Assembly: GCA_965279375.1 (NCBI GenBank)
Contig: OZ257156.1
Location: 2,336,001-2,400,000, forward strand
Source of the DNA: Gemmatimonas sp.
GTDB taxonomy: Bacteria > Gemmatimonadota > Gemmatimonadetes > Gemmatimonadales > Gemmatimonadaceae
DNA length: 64,000 nt
Reading direction: 5' to 3'
How positions within the stretch are numbered: position 1 is the stretch's first letter; each line of letters opens with the position of its first letter. The notes below the pieces were generated by a model. That model made no database searches. It saw nothing but the letters and a program-made list of their open reading frames with translations, and had not been told where the DNA came from. This document shows, in pieces, positions 31,003 to 39,519 of the stretch. The translations under genes were made by a program, and so were the position numbers.

Positions 31003-32631
31003 ATGACTTTGCGCATGTCTCGACGGTGGATTGCGGTGCAGCACGCGCGCCTGGGCGCGCGACTGTGTATGGCGGCGCTGGCCGCCCTGATGCTGTCGGC
31101 GATGACGCCGACGCTCACCTTGTCCTCGTCGCTGCAGGCGCAGTCCAGAAGCAGCAAGCGTTCGACCAAGAAGCCCACCACGCGGAAGGCAGCGCGGCGG
31201 CCGGTCCGAGCGAGTCGTGCGCCGATCGTGCCGGTGCTGCGCTTCACGACGCCCATGGGCGCATCGGCACTCAAGAGCGATATGACAACGCTGCTCGACA
31301 GCCGAACGAAGACGGGCACGTGGGGGGCGATGGTGATCTCGCTGACGCGCGGCGACACGCTCTTTTCGCACGGCGCGGACACGCGCATGGTCCCGGCGTC
31401 GACGATGAAGCTGTTCACGTCCGCGATCGCGCTCGATCGCCTGGGACCCGATCACATCTTCAACACGGACGTCCTGCGCGACGGCCCGATCGATGCCACC
31501 GGCACGCTCACTGGCAATCTGATTTTGCGCGGAGACGGCGATCCGTCGCTGGCGCCGCGCTTCGTGCGCGGCGGCCCCGAGGCCTCGATGGCACTGTTGG
31601 CCAAGATCACCGCTGGCGCGGGGGTCAAGCATGTCACCGGCGATCTGATCGCTGACGCGTCCGCGTTCGAGTCGCGCCGTATCCCCGAGGGGTGGCTCAA
31701 TCGCTATGCCGGCGCCGGGTACGCCGCGCCCTTTTCGGCGCTATCGCTCAACGAGAACATCGTCATCGTCGGCGTGGCGCTGGGAAAGAGTGGCGATGCC
31801 ATCGTCGCGCTCGAGCCTGCGACGAGCGGCATGAAGGTCACCAGCACGGTGCGCGTGGTGGCGGGGCGTAGCGCCCGCATCAGCGCGCGCCGCGTGGGCG
31901 ACAACGAAGTGCTGGTCACGGGGACGATCGGCTCACGGTCGATGGGGGTGCGCTATCAACTGGTGGTGGGCGACCCGCCCACGTTCACTGCGGGTGCCTT
32001 TCGCGCCGCGTTGGCGGCGCAGGGAGTGATTGTGGACGGCGCGATTCGCTCCGCGCCCACGCCGCCGACTGCGGCGATGGTCGCCACGCTCCCATCCCCT
32101 CCATTGGCTCGTCTCATCTCGGCGATGAACCGCGAGAGCATCAACCTCTACGCCGAGCTGCTGTGGCGCGATGCGGCGCGTGGCGCCGACCGGTCGGCGA
32201 TCGGGTCCGCCGAGAACGCGAACGCGACGATGCAGGCGTTTCTGGTGAAGGAAGTGGGGGCGTCGCCCGATGCCGTCACCGCGACAGACGGCAGCGGTCT
32301 GTCAGTGTTGGATCGCGTGACGCCTCGTGCGCTGGTGCAGCTGCTCTCGCACGCGCACGACGCGCCGTGGGGGAGCGCGTTTCATGCGTCGCTGCCCGTC
32401 GCCGGTGAGTCAGAGCTGCTGCGTCGCCGGATGCGCACGACGCCAGCGCAGGGCAACCTGCACGCGAAGACGGGCACCACCAACGAAGTGATCGGGCTCT
32501 CCGGCTACGTGACCGCCGAGAACGGAGAGATTCTCGCCTTCGCATTTTTGTACAACGGCAACGATCGCTGGCACGCGCGCGAAACGATCGATGCCATGGG
32601 CCCCACGCTCGCCGCGTTCACGCGCGAGTAG
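31003..32631 (+). CDS. dacB: D-alanyl-D-alanine carboxypeptidase/endopeptidase (PBP4, peptidase S13)
   Basis: SxxK (ASTMK), GDP, SxN (SIN), DGSGLS, KTG; N-terminal signal. Start approximate. Confidence 0.92.
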   Translation: MTLRMSRRWIAVQHARLGARLCMAALAALMLSAMTPTLTLSSSLQAQSRSSKRSTKKPTTRKAARRPVRASRAPIVPVLRFTTPMGASALKSDMTTLLDSRTKTGTWGAMVISLTRGDTLFSHGADTRMVPASTMKLFTSAIALDRLGPDHIFNTDVLRDGPIDATGTLTGNLILRGDGDPSLAPRFVRGGPEASMALLAKITAGAGVKHVTGDLIADASAFESRRIPEGWLNRYAGAGYAAPFSALSLNENIVIVGVALGKSGDAIVALEPATSGMKVTSTVRVVAGRSARISARRVGDNEVLVTGTIGSRSMGVRYQLVVGDPPTFTAGAFRAALAAQGVIVDGAIRSAPTPPTAAMVATLPSPPLARLISAMNRESINLYAELLWRDAARGADRSAIGSAENANATMQAFLVKEVGASPDAVTATDGSGLSVLDRVTPRALVQLLSHAHDAPWGSAFHASLPVAGESELLRRRMRTTPAQGNLHAKTGTTNEVIGLSGYVTAENGEILAFAFLYNGNDRWHARETIDAMGPTLAAFTRE

Positions 32632-32638
32632 TCCGCGC

Positions 32639-35600
32639 TCAGCGCGAACGACCCACGCGGAACTTGACCGACGGAATCGCCGTGCGTGCATTCGATGTGG
32701 CGCGAGCGGCCGAGCTGCCCATGTGACGCTGACGGCGCGCCGCACCATCCGGCAGAGGCGCCGTGGCACGCGAGACCGCACGCGCAGCCGGCTGCGGATC
32801 GAGCCCCGTGCGCACCATGGAGCGCGATGCGCCGGCGACATACGGACCTGAGCCATTGCCCGTCACCAGCGTGCTGTTGTAGCCCACCGCGAAGGCGCCG
32901 CCCGCGCCGTTCGGCGAACCGGTCATCGACCAGAGCAGATCGGTGGTGCCGGTGGACATGGTCTGCCAGCTCGTGCCGTTGTAGCGGAGCATCGTGCCCT
33001 GATCGCCGGTCACATACAGATCGCTGACGCTCGGTCCCCACGCGGAGGTGAGCACGCGGGTGGTGCCAACCGACTGCGAGGTCCAGGAACTGCCGTTGAA
33101 GCGATAGGCGACGCCCGCCGCACCGGCCGCGTCCGCCCCGACCGTGAGCAGATTGCTGCTCGTGGTTCCCCAGATGCCGATGAACGTGCCGGAGTTGATC
33201 GGTGAGGCGGTGGTCCACCCCGAGCCATTGAAGCGCATCAACGTGCCGCTCTCACCCGTCGCGTAGACCTCGCCGGACGGAATGCCGTAGATGCCCCAGA
33301 GCGGCGCCGCGAACGTCGCGGAGACGAACCAGCTGGTGCCGTTGTAGCGAATAACCTGGCCGCCCGAGGTTGCCGCGTACACATCGTTGCTGCTCGTGCC
33401 CCAGAGCGCCGTCACCGTTGCGGTGGAGGGGAAGCTCATGGCGGACCAGCTGCTGCCGTTGAAGCGCAGCAGCGTGCCGTTCTCGCCGCCTGCGAACGCG
33501 TCGGTGGCACTGGGCGCCCAGACGGTGTTGAGCGTGACCGTGGTGGGCGTGCTCTGCCGAGTCCATGTGCCGCTGCTGAAGCGATACACCGAGCCCAACT
33601 CACCCACCGCAAACGCGTTCGACGACGACGTGCTCCACACATCGAGCAGGTCGGGGGCGAGATTGATCGTGCTCCATGCGCCACCCGCCAAGCGCATGAC
33701 GATGCCGCGCTGACCGGTCGCGTACAAGTTGCCGGCAGCATCGGCGGACACGGCGTACACCCGCGGACGATACGGCGTACTCGGCAACGAGAGCGTGCTG
33801 GCGTCGAGCTGCAGCAATCCGGCATCGCTGGCGATGTACATCCGTCCACCGCTCGCGCTGGTGCCATCGACGGAATACAGGTCGGACGAAGTCAGACTGT
33901 TGTTGACGAGCGTCCAGTTGGTACCGTCGAAGCGAAGCACCGTACCCACCGTGCCGACGGCCACCACGTTCGTGGTCGACGTGCCCGAGACGCCATACAG
34001 CGTTTCGGCCGTTGGCGTGGAGAGCGGCGACCAGCTGCTGCCGTTGTAGCGCAGCACTGTGCCGGCGACACCCACGGCGAAGCTGACGCCGCCGCTGGTC
34101 CAGATTGCGTTCAACTGCTGTGTGGTTCCCGTCGCCGTGGCAGACCAGCCGCCGCCTGAGAGCCGAAGCGCGGTCCCGTTGGCGCCGACAGCGATCGCGG
34201 ACCCCACACCATCCGACCACACATCCATGAGTGCTTGCGTCGTGCCCGACGACATGCCGGACCAGCTGCCGCCGTTGAAGCGTGCAATGATGCCGTTCGT
34301 GCCGACGGCGATCACATCACTGGCGGAAGAGCCGTGCACGGCGAGGAACTGACCGCCGTACGTCGAACCGCGCGCGGCCACCGACCAGCTGCTGCCATCC
34401 CAGCGGAAGACATCACCCACCACGTTCACGGCGAACGCGCTGTTCGCGCCGAAGCCGATCGTGGAGATGACATCCTCGTAGAGCGCACCACCCAGTCGAG
34501 ACGCTGCCCAGCTGGTGGCGAGCTGCGACGAGGCGACGGTGACGGTGACCGTGTCCTTCTTGCTGGCATCCGCCACTGAGGTCGCGGTGATCAGCGTGGA
34601 GCCCGAGGTGACCGCGTTGACCAAGCCGCTCGCGCTGACCGTCGCCACGGCACCTGCCGACGACGTCCATGTGACAGCCGTGCTCACACCAGGATCGGCG
34701 CTGACGGCAGCGTTCAGCTGCTGCGTTTGACCGACGCTCAGCGAGACGGGACGCGGCGAAAGCGAGACGACGATCGGTCGCGCGGTCACCGTGATGGTCG
34801 CGGTGGCGCGCTTGGTGGTATCGGCGGTGGCGATGGCCGTGATCGTGGAGCTACCGGCACCGACCGCCGTCACCAGCCCCGTGGCATTGACCGTTGCGAC
34901 GGCGCTATTGCTCGTACGCAGCGTGTAGGTGGTGGGCAGTCCGCCGTTTGCCGTCACCACCGTGTTGAGCTGCTGCGTCTGTCCGATGAGCAGTGACGCG
35001 CTCGTCGGCGTTACGGTGACGCTACCCACGGTGGGAGCGGCCACGGTGATCGTCGCCGTCGCGCGCTTGGTGGTGTCGGCGTTCGCGATGGCGGTGATGG
35101 TGGAGGTGCCAGCGCCGGTTGCCGTCACGAGTCCCGTGGCGTTGACAGTTGCCACGGCACTATTGCTGGTGCGCAGCGTGTAGGCGGTCGACAGACCACC
35201 ACTCGCGATGACCACGGTGTTGAGCTGTTGCGTCTGGCCAACCAGCAGCGACGCGCTCGTCGGTGAGACAGCGATGCTGCCCACGCCGGGTGCGGCCACG
35301 GTGATCGTCGCCGTCGCACGCTTGGTGGTGTCGGCGTTCGCGATGGCGGTGATCGTCGAGCTGCCAACCGCACCGGCCGTCACGAGTCCTGTGGCGCCTA
35401 CCGTGGCCACGTTCGTGTTGCTCGAACGCAGCGTGTAGCCGTTGGACAATGCACCGGCGACGGTTACCACCGCCGTAAGCTGCTGCGTCTGTCCGGTGAA
35501 GAGCGTCGCGGTCGTCGGCGTGAGCGAGACGCCGGTGACACTCGGCGCGTTGACCGTCACGAGCGCCGACGCGCGCTTGGTAGTGTCGGCGAGCGAGACG

Positions 35601-37507
35601 GCGGTGATGATCGCCTGGCCCAGTCCATTCATCGTCACGTTGCCCAAGGGCGACACGATGGCGACGGCGGTGTTGCTGGTCCGCCAGCTGACCGCAGTGG
35701 AGAGCGAGCCGTCGGCCGTCACCGTCGCCGTCAGCGGTGAGACGTCACCGACGAAGCCACTCAGATTGGCGGGCGTCACCACCACCGAGCGGACCATGCC
35801 GAGCACTGTGATGCTCGAGGTGGCGCGCTTGGTGGTGTCGGCGGCGGCGAGCATGGTGATGGTCGCGGTTCCCATGCCGACACCGGTGACGACGCCATTG
35901 GCGTTGACCGTGGCGATGCTGGCATCGCTGGTGCGCCAGATGAGCGCGGCGCTGACGCCTTGCGCGACCGTGATGCGACCGGTCAGTGGCCGCTGCTCAC
36001 CGATGGAGATGGTGGCCTGCGACGGAGAGACGCCGACGGACGGCGCGGGCTGCACCGTCACCTGCGCCGTGCCGCGCTTGGTGGTGTCCACGGTAGAGAT
36101 GGCGCTGATCGTCGCCGTGCCCACGGAGTTCGAGCTGATGAGGCCCGACGACGAGACGCTCACGACGGTGGGATTGCTGCTGTGCCAGGTAACCGTGGTC
36201 GGCACCGGCCCATCGGTGACAACGTCAGCGAAGAGTTGATCCTGATCGCCCACGAACTCGGTGATTGCGCTGGGGCGCACGGTCACGCCAAGCACGGACG
36301 GTGTCACGGTCACGACGGCGATGGCGCTGCGCGTTGGATCGCCCGCCGACGTGGCGGTGATGGTCGCGACACCAACGCGGTGGCCCGTGACCGTTCCCGA
36401 GGGGGACACGGACACGATCGATGCATCGCTCGTGCCCCACACGACTGCCGCGCTGAGTCCACCATCAATCACGACCGTCGCTGTGATGCTCGCCGATTGC
36501 TGCACTCCCACGGAGAGCGCGGTGGGAGACACGGTTACTCGGCGGGCGGGCAGCACGGTCAACAGCAATTCGTCCTTGGCGCGCGGATCAGCGATGGCGG
36601 CCACGCGAATGAGGCTCGAACCTACGCTCACCGCGGTGATGGTGCCGTTGGCGTCCACGGTGGCCACGGAAGGATTTTCGCTCGTCCAGACGAGCGCACG
36701 CGTTTGCGTGGAGTCCACATCCAGTTCGGCCTGAATCGTCTTCGCATCGCCCACCCACAGTGTCAACGCGCTGAGTCCCGGCGCGAGGGACACGGTGCGT
36801 GCCGGCGCGACGACGACTGTGGCCGTGGCGACGATGTTCGGGTCGGCGCTGGCACTCGCGCGCACCGTGGTGGTGCCCACGCTGACGCCGGTCACGAAGC
36901 CTGACGCGTCCACCGTGGCGATCGACGGATTGAGCACCGCCCAACGCACTGCCTGGGAGGCGCCCGCATCACCATCGACTGTCGCACGCAGCGGCTGAAC
37001 ATCGCCCACGCGCACACCAAGGGACGCCGGTGCAAGCACGATCGCCTTCACGCCCAGCACGCGCACGTCCACGAATGCGGCTGCGTTGCCCGACGACGCG
37101 CGCACGCGCGTGGAACCAGGGGCACGCGCCACGATCGCCGCCGACGTGCCGCTGCCGGCGACTTCGGCCACCGTCGGATTCTCACTCGTCCACGTCACGT
37201 TCGGCGACGCGAGCGTGCGGCCCGAGGCATCGCGAATGGTGGCGGAGATCGTTTCCGTCGAACCAACGCCGCTGAGCGCCACGGCGGGGACGGAGACGTC
37301 GATCAGCGCTGCGGCGCCGGGGCCGGACGGTGTCGTCGGGCCAGGTGCGGTGATGCCATCGCCTGCCGCAGAGCAGGCAGCGAGAAGCAGGAGTGCGGCG
37401 CCGTTGACCGTGCGAACCAGCGTTGCTGGAACACGCGTGACGAATGCATGCATGGGTGAGGGCACCGATACACGCAGAAGCTGCACCAACCGGGACGAGC
37501 GAATCAT
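32639..37507 (-). CDS. Large surface lipoprotein: 11 Big_2-like Ig repeats plus 14 beta-propeller blades
   Basis: Lipobox LAAC; about 85-aa repeats with W.S.N..VATV...G.VT; 14 blades of about 40 aa ending R[FY].G..W. Start is ATG 37507 or 37453. Confidence 0.88.
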   Translation of the reverse strand: MIRSSRLVQLLRVSVPSPMHAFVTRVPATLVRTVNGAALLLLAACSAAGDGITAPGPTTPSGPGAAALIDVSVPAVALSGVGSTETISATIRDASGRTLASPNVTWTSENPTVAEVAGSGTSAAIVARAPGSTRVRASSGNAAAFVDVRVLGVKAIVLAPASLGVRVGDVQPLRATVDGDAGASQAVRWAVLNPSIATVDASGFVTGVSVGTTTVRASASADPNIVATATVVVAPARTVSLAPGLSALTLWVGDAKTIQAELDVDSTQTRALVWTSENPSVATVDANGTITAVSVGSSLIRVAAIADPRAKDELLLTVLPARRVTVSPTALSVGVQQSASITATVVIDGGLSAAVVWGTSDASIVSVSPSGTVTGHRVGVATITATSAGDPTRSAIAVVTVTPSVLGVTVRPSAITEFVGDQDQLFADVVTDGPVPTTVTWHSSNPTVVSVSSSGLISSNSVGTATISAISTVDTTKRGTAQVTVQPAPSVGVSPSQATISIGEQRPLTGRITVAQGVSAALIWRTSDASIATVNANGVVTGVGMGTATITMLAAADTTKRATSSITVLGMVRSVVVTPANLSGFVGDVSPLTATVTADGSLSTAVSWRTSNTAVAIVSPLGNVTMNGLGQAIITAVSLADTTKRASALVTVNAPSVTGVSLTPTTATLFTGQTQQLTAVVTVAGALSNGYTLRSSNTNVATVGATGLVTAGAVGSSTITAIANADTTKRATATITVAAPGVGSIAVSPTSASLLVGQTQQLNTVVIASGGLSTAYTLRTSNSAVATVNATGLVTATGAGTSTITAIANADTTKRATATITVAAPTVGSVTVTPTSASLLIGQTQQLNTVVTANGGLPTTYTLRTSNSAVATVNATGLVTAVGAGSSTITAIATADTTKRATATITVTARPIVVSLSPRPVSLSVGQTQQLNAAVSADPGVSTAVTWTSSAGAVATVSASGLVNAVTSGSTLITATSVADASKKDTVTVTVASSQLATSWAASRLGGALYEDVISTIGFGANSAFAVNVVGDVFRWDGSSWSVAARGSTYGGQFLAVHGSSASDVIAVGTNGIIARFNGGSWSGMSSGTTQALMDVWSDGVGSAIAVGANGTALRLSGGGWSATATGTTQQLNAIWTSGGVSFAVGVAGTVLRYNGSSWSPLSTPTAETLYGVSGTSTTNVVAVGTVGTVLRFDGTNWTLVNNSLTSSDLYSVDGTSASGGRMYIASDAGLLQLDASTLSLPSTPYRPRVYAVSADAAGNLYATGQRGIVMRLAGGAWSTINLAPDLLDVWSTSSSNAFAVGELGSVYRFSSGTWTRQSTPTTVTLNTVWAPSATDAFAGGENGTLLRFNGSSWSAMSFPSTATVTALWGTSSNDVYAATSGGQVIRYNGTSWFVSATFAAPLWGIYGIPSGEVYATGESGTLMRFNGSGWTTASPINSGTFIGIWGTTSSNLLTVGADAAGAAGVAYRFNGSSWTSQSVGTTRVLTSAWGPSVSDLYVTGDQGTMLRYNGTSWQTMSTGTTDLLWSMTGSPNGAGGAFAVGYNSTLVTGNGSGPYVAGASRSMVRTGLDPQPAARAVSRATAPLPDGAARRQRHMGSSAARATSNARTAIPSVKFRVGRSR
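34787..35551 (-). repeat. Three 255-bp tandem DNA repeats (Ig repeats 8-10)
   Basis: CGCTTGGTGGT recurs at 34809, 35064 and 35319; the protein repeats are nearly identical. Confidence 0.88.
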
Positions 37508-37921
37508 TGAGCCTCTGTGCGACGGGCGCCGTGCACCCATCAGCCGTATTGCGCGAAACTGGACGACGCGGAGGGCATCCTTCCCTCGCGCGAGCGAGCG
37601 GGCCTCGACATGGGCCGCCCTTCGCGGAGAGGACGTGCGAGTGTGATGCACGCCTGTTTCACAGCGAGCCAACGATGTCTCGACGCCGGTGCGACTGCCG
37701 ATGACGTGACGCGATTGATCCCAGTGCCGGATCGGTTGGTGCGTCATGCACCATTGCGTCGCAGCAATTGGCCGATCAGGGCCGGCATTCCTGCACTGCG
37801 GTTAACGACAGATTGCATTCATCCAGATGCGACGACGGGCCGACTTCCGCGTGGAAGCCGACCCGTTCGATCGCCCGTTCGATTTTGCTGCAGTGCGTCT
37901 CTACCCAGCCAACTACCCTGC

Positions 37922-37958
37922 CCGCGTGATGTCCCCGTCCGGGAGGGACATCACGCGG
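37922..37958 (-). terminator. Hairpin just downstream of the 4-Ig lipoprotein gene
   Basis: Perfect 14-bp stem CCGCGTGATGTCCC / GGGACATCACGCGG; no clear U-tract. Confidence 0.6.
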
Positions 37959-37964
37959 TCCTGC

Positions 37965-39143
37965 TTACCGGCCGTTCTTGCGCTTGCTGACAGGGCGAGA
38001 GCGCACACCCGACGTCGTGAGGTCCGCCACCGTGACGAACGCGGAGCCCGAGCGCATCGGATCCGTCACCGACGTCGCCGTCACCGTCGCGTAGCCCGAC
38101 GCAACCGCCGTGACTTCGCCCGTCGCCGAGACAGTCACGACGTTCGTGTCACTGCTGCTCCACGTCACGTCCGTGTTCAGGCCGGGCTCGATAGTCACCG
38201 TGGCCGTCAGCTGACGCGTGCCACCCTGCACGAGCAGCACGCTGTCCGGTGCCACCGACACGCTGCGTGCCGGCAACACGGTCACGACGATCTCCGCAAA
38301 GGCGCGCGAATCGGCCGCCGAGGTGGCGCGAATGATGGCCGTGCCTTCGCCCGTCGCCGTGATCACACCGCTCGGGTCGATCGTCGCGACCGACGTGTTG
38401 CCGCTGCTCCAGATGATGTCCTTCGACTCATTGGCATCGACATCGGCTTCAGCCGCCAACGTCCGTGCATCGCCGTTCCACAGCGTGATCGCCGAGCCGC
38501 CCGGTGCAAACGACACCGCGCGCGCCGGGTTCACCGTCACAGTGGCCGACGCCGACAAACGCGGATCCGCGTTCGACGTGACCGTCACCGTCGTGCTGCC
38601 GGCAGCGATCGCCGTGATGACGCCTTCCGCGCTGATCTTGGCGATCGACGCATTGGCAATGCTGTACTTCACGCCCTGATCGGCGCTGGGATCGGACTCG
38701 ATGATGGCGCCAACCGACTGATCATCGCCGACGCGAAGGGCGACGGCACTCTGCGCGAACGACACGCTGCGCACGCCGAGCACGCGCACTTCGACTTCCG
38801 CCGAGAACGCGCCCGAGGAGGCCTTGATCGTGGTGGTGCCGGCCGAACGCGCCGTGATGGCGCCTTCGCCGTTGACGTCGGCGACCGCCGGATTGGCGCT
38901 CGACCACGCGACCGCACCAGAGGTGGCATTGCCCGCCGCGTCGCGCAGCGTGGCCTTCACCGTCTCGGCCGCGCCGATGCTGGCGAGCGCGATGCCGTTG
39001 CTGCTCAGTTCGAGCTTGGCAGCCGCGCCAGGCCCCTGAGGAGCAACGACGCTGTCGGACGAGGAGCAGGCCGTCAACGCGACGACGGTTACAGCACTGG
39101 CGGCGAGGGCGCGGAGCGACTTCGTCGAAAGCAGGGTACGCAT
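37965..39143 (-). CDS. Lipoprotein with 4 Big_2-like Ig repeats and no propeller
   Basis: GGAG RBS before ATG 39143; lipobox LTAC; four Ig repeats; basic tail RSRPVSKRKNGR. Confidence 0.88.
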   Translation of the reverse strand: MRTLLSTKSLRALAASAVTVVALTACSSSDSVVAPQGPGAAAKLELSSNGIALASIGAAETVKATLRDAAGNATSGAVAWSSANPAVADVNGEGAITARSAGTTTIKASSGAFSAEVEVRVLGVRSVSFAQSAVALRVGDDQSVGAIIESDPSADQGVKYSIANASIAKISAEGVITAIAAGSTTVTVTSNADPRLSASATVTVNPARAVSFAPGGSAITLWNGDARTLAAEADVDANESKDIIWSSGNTSVATIDPSGVITATGEGTAIIRATSAADSRAFAEIVVTVLPARSVSVAPDSVLLVQGGTRQLTATVTIEPGLNTDVTWSSSDTNVVTVSATGEVTAVASGYATVTATSVTDPMRSGSAFVTVADLTTSGVRSRPVSKRKNGR

Positions 39144-39456
39144 AGAATCTCCGGACAATTCGGAATGGACGACCGAGTGTCGTCGCAACGGGTGTGTCGG
39201 CCTGGGCTCGATTCCAGGCTCGATTGGCTGGGGCGAGAGCGATCGGACTGCGCTCACCTGCAGGTCTCGGCAGCTAGACGACGCCCCGTCCCAACTCACC
39301 CGTCACGCCGCTGGCACTTTTCGTGTCGCTGTCGGTCCTTGTGCCGGTGGTGTGACGGTCCGTGACATGCTGGCACGGCTTCTGATACAATCGCGTGGAC
39401 GAGCGTCGAGACGATCCCGCAGCGGACGATTCCGCAGCGTTCATGCTGTAAGCAGA

Positions 39457-39489
39457 AAGGGCCGGCGCTCGTGGTGAGCGCCGGCCCTT
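39457..39489 (-). terminator. Intrinsic terminator after the 5-Ig lipoprotein gene
   Basis: AAGGGCCGGCGCTC / GAGCGCCGGCCCTT stem, then TCTGCTT on the minus strand. Confidence 0.7.
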
Positions 39490-39519
39490 CTCATCCTGCA
39501 GTCGCGATGAGCGCGACGA

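Noticed and set aside
34787..35551. Regularly spaced repeats considered as a CRISPR array
   Set aside because: The period is 255 bp, in frame within a CDS, with no unique spacers and no cas genes.
37508..37747. N-terminal extensions in the ORF track (also 1202-1498, 27539-27916, 46533-46754, 62083-62175)
   Set aside because: They overlap neighbouring genes or precede the signal peptide or RBS; downstream starts fit better.
39311..39387. Sigma-54 promoters at TGGCAC motifs
   Set aside because: The -12 element is not TTGC (GTGT and CTGA instead) and the orientation is opposite to the flanking genes.
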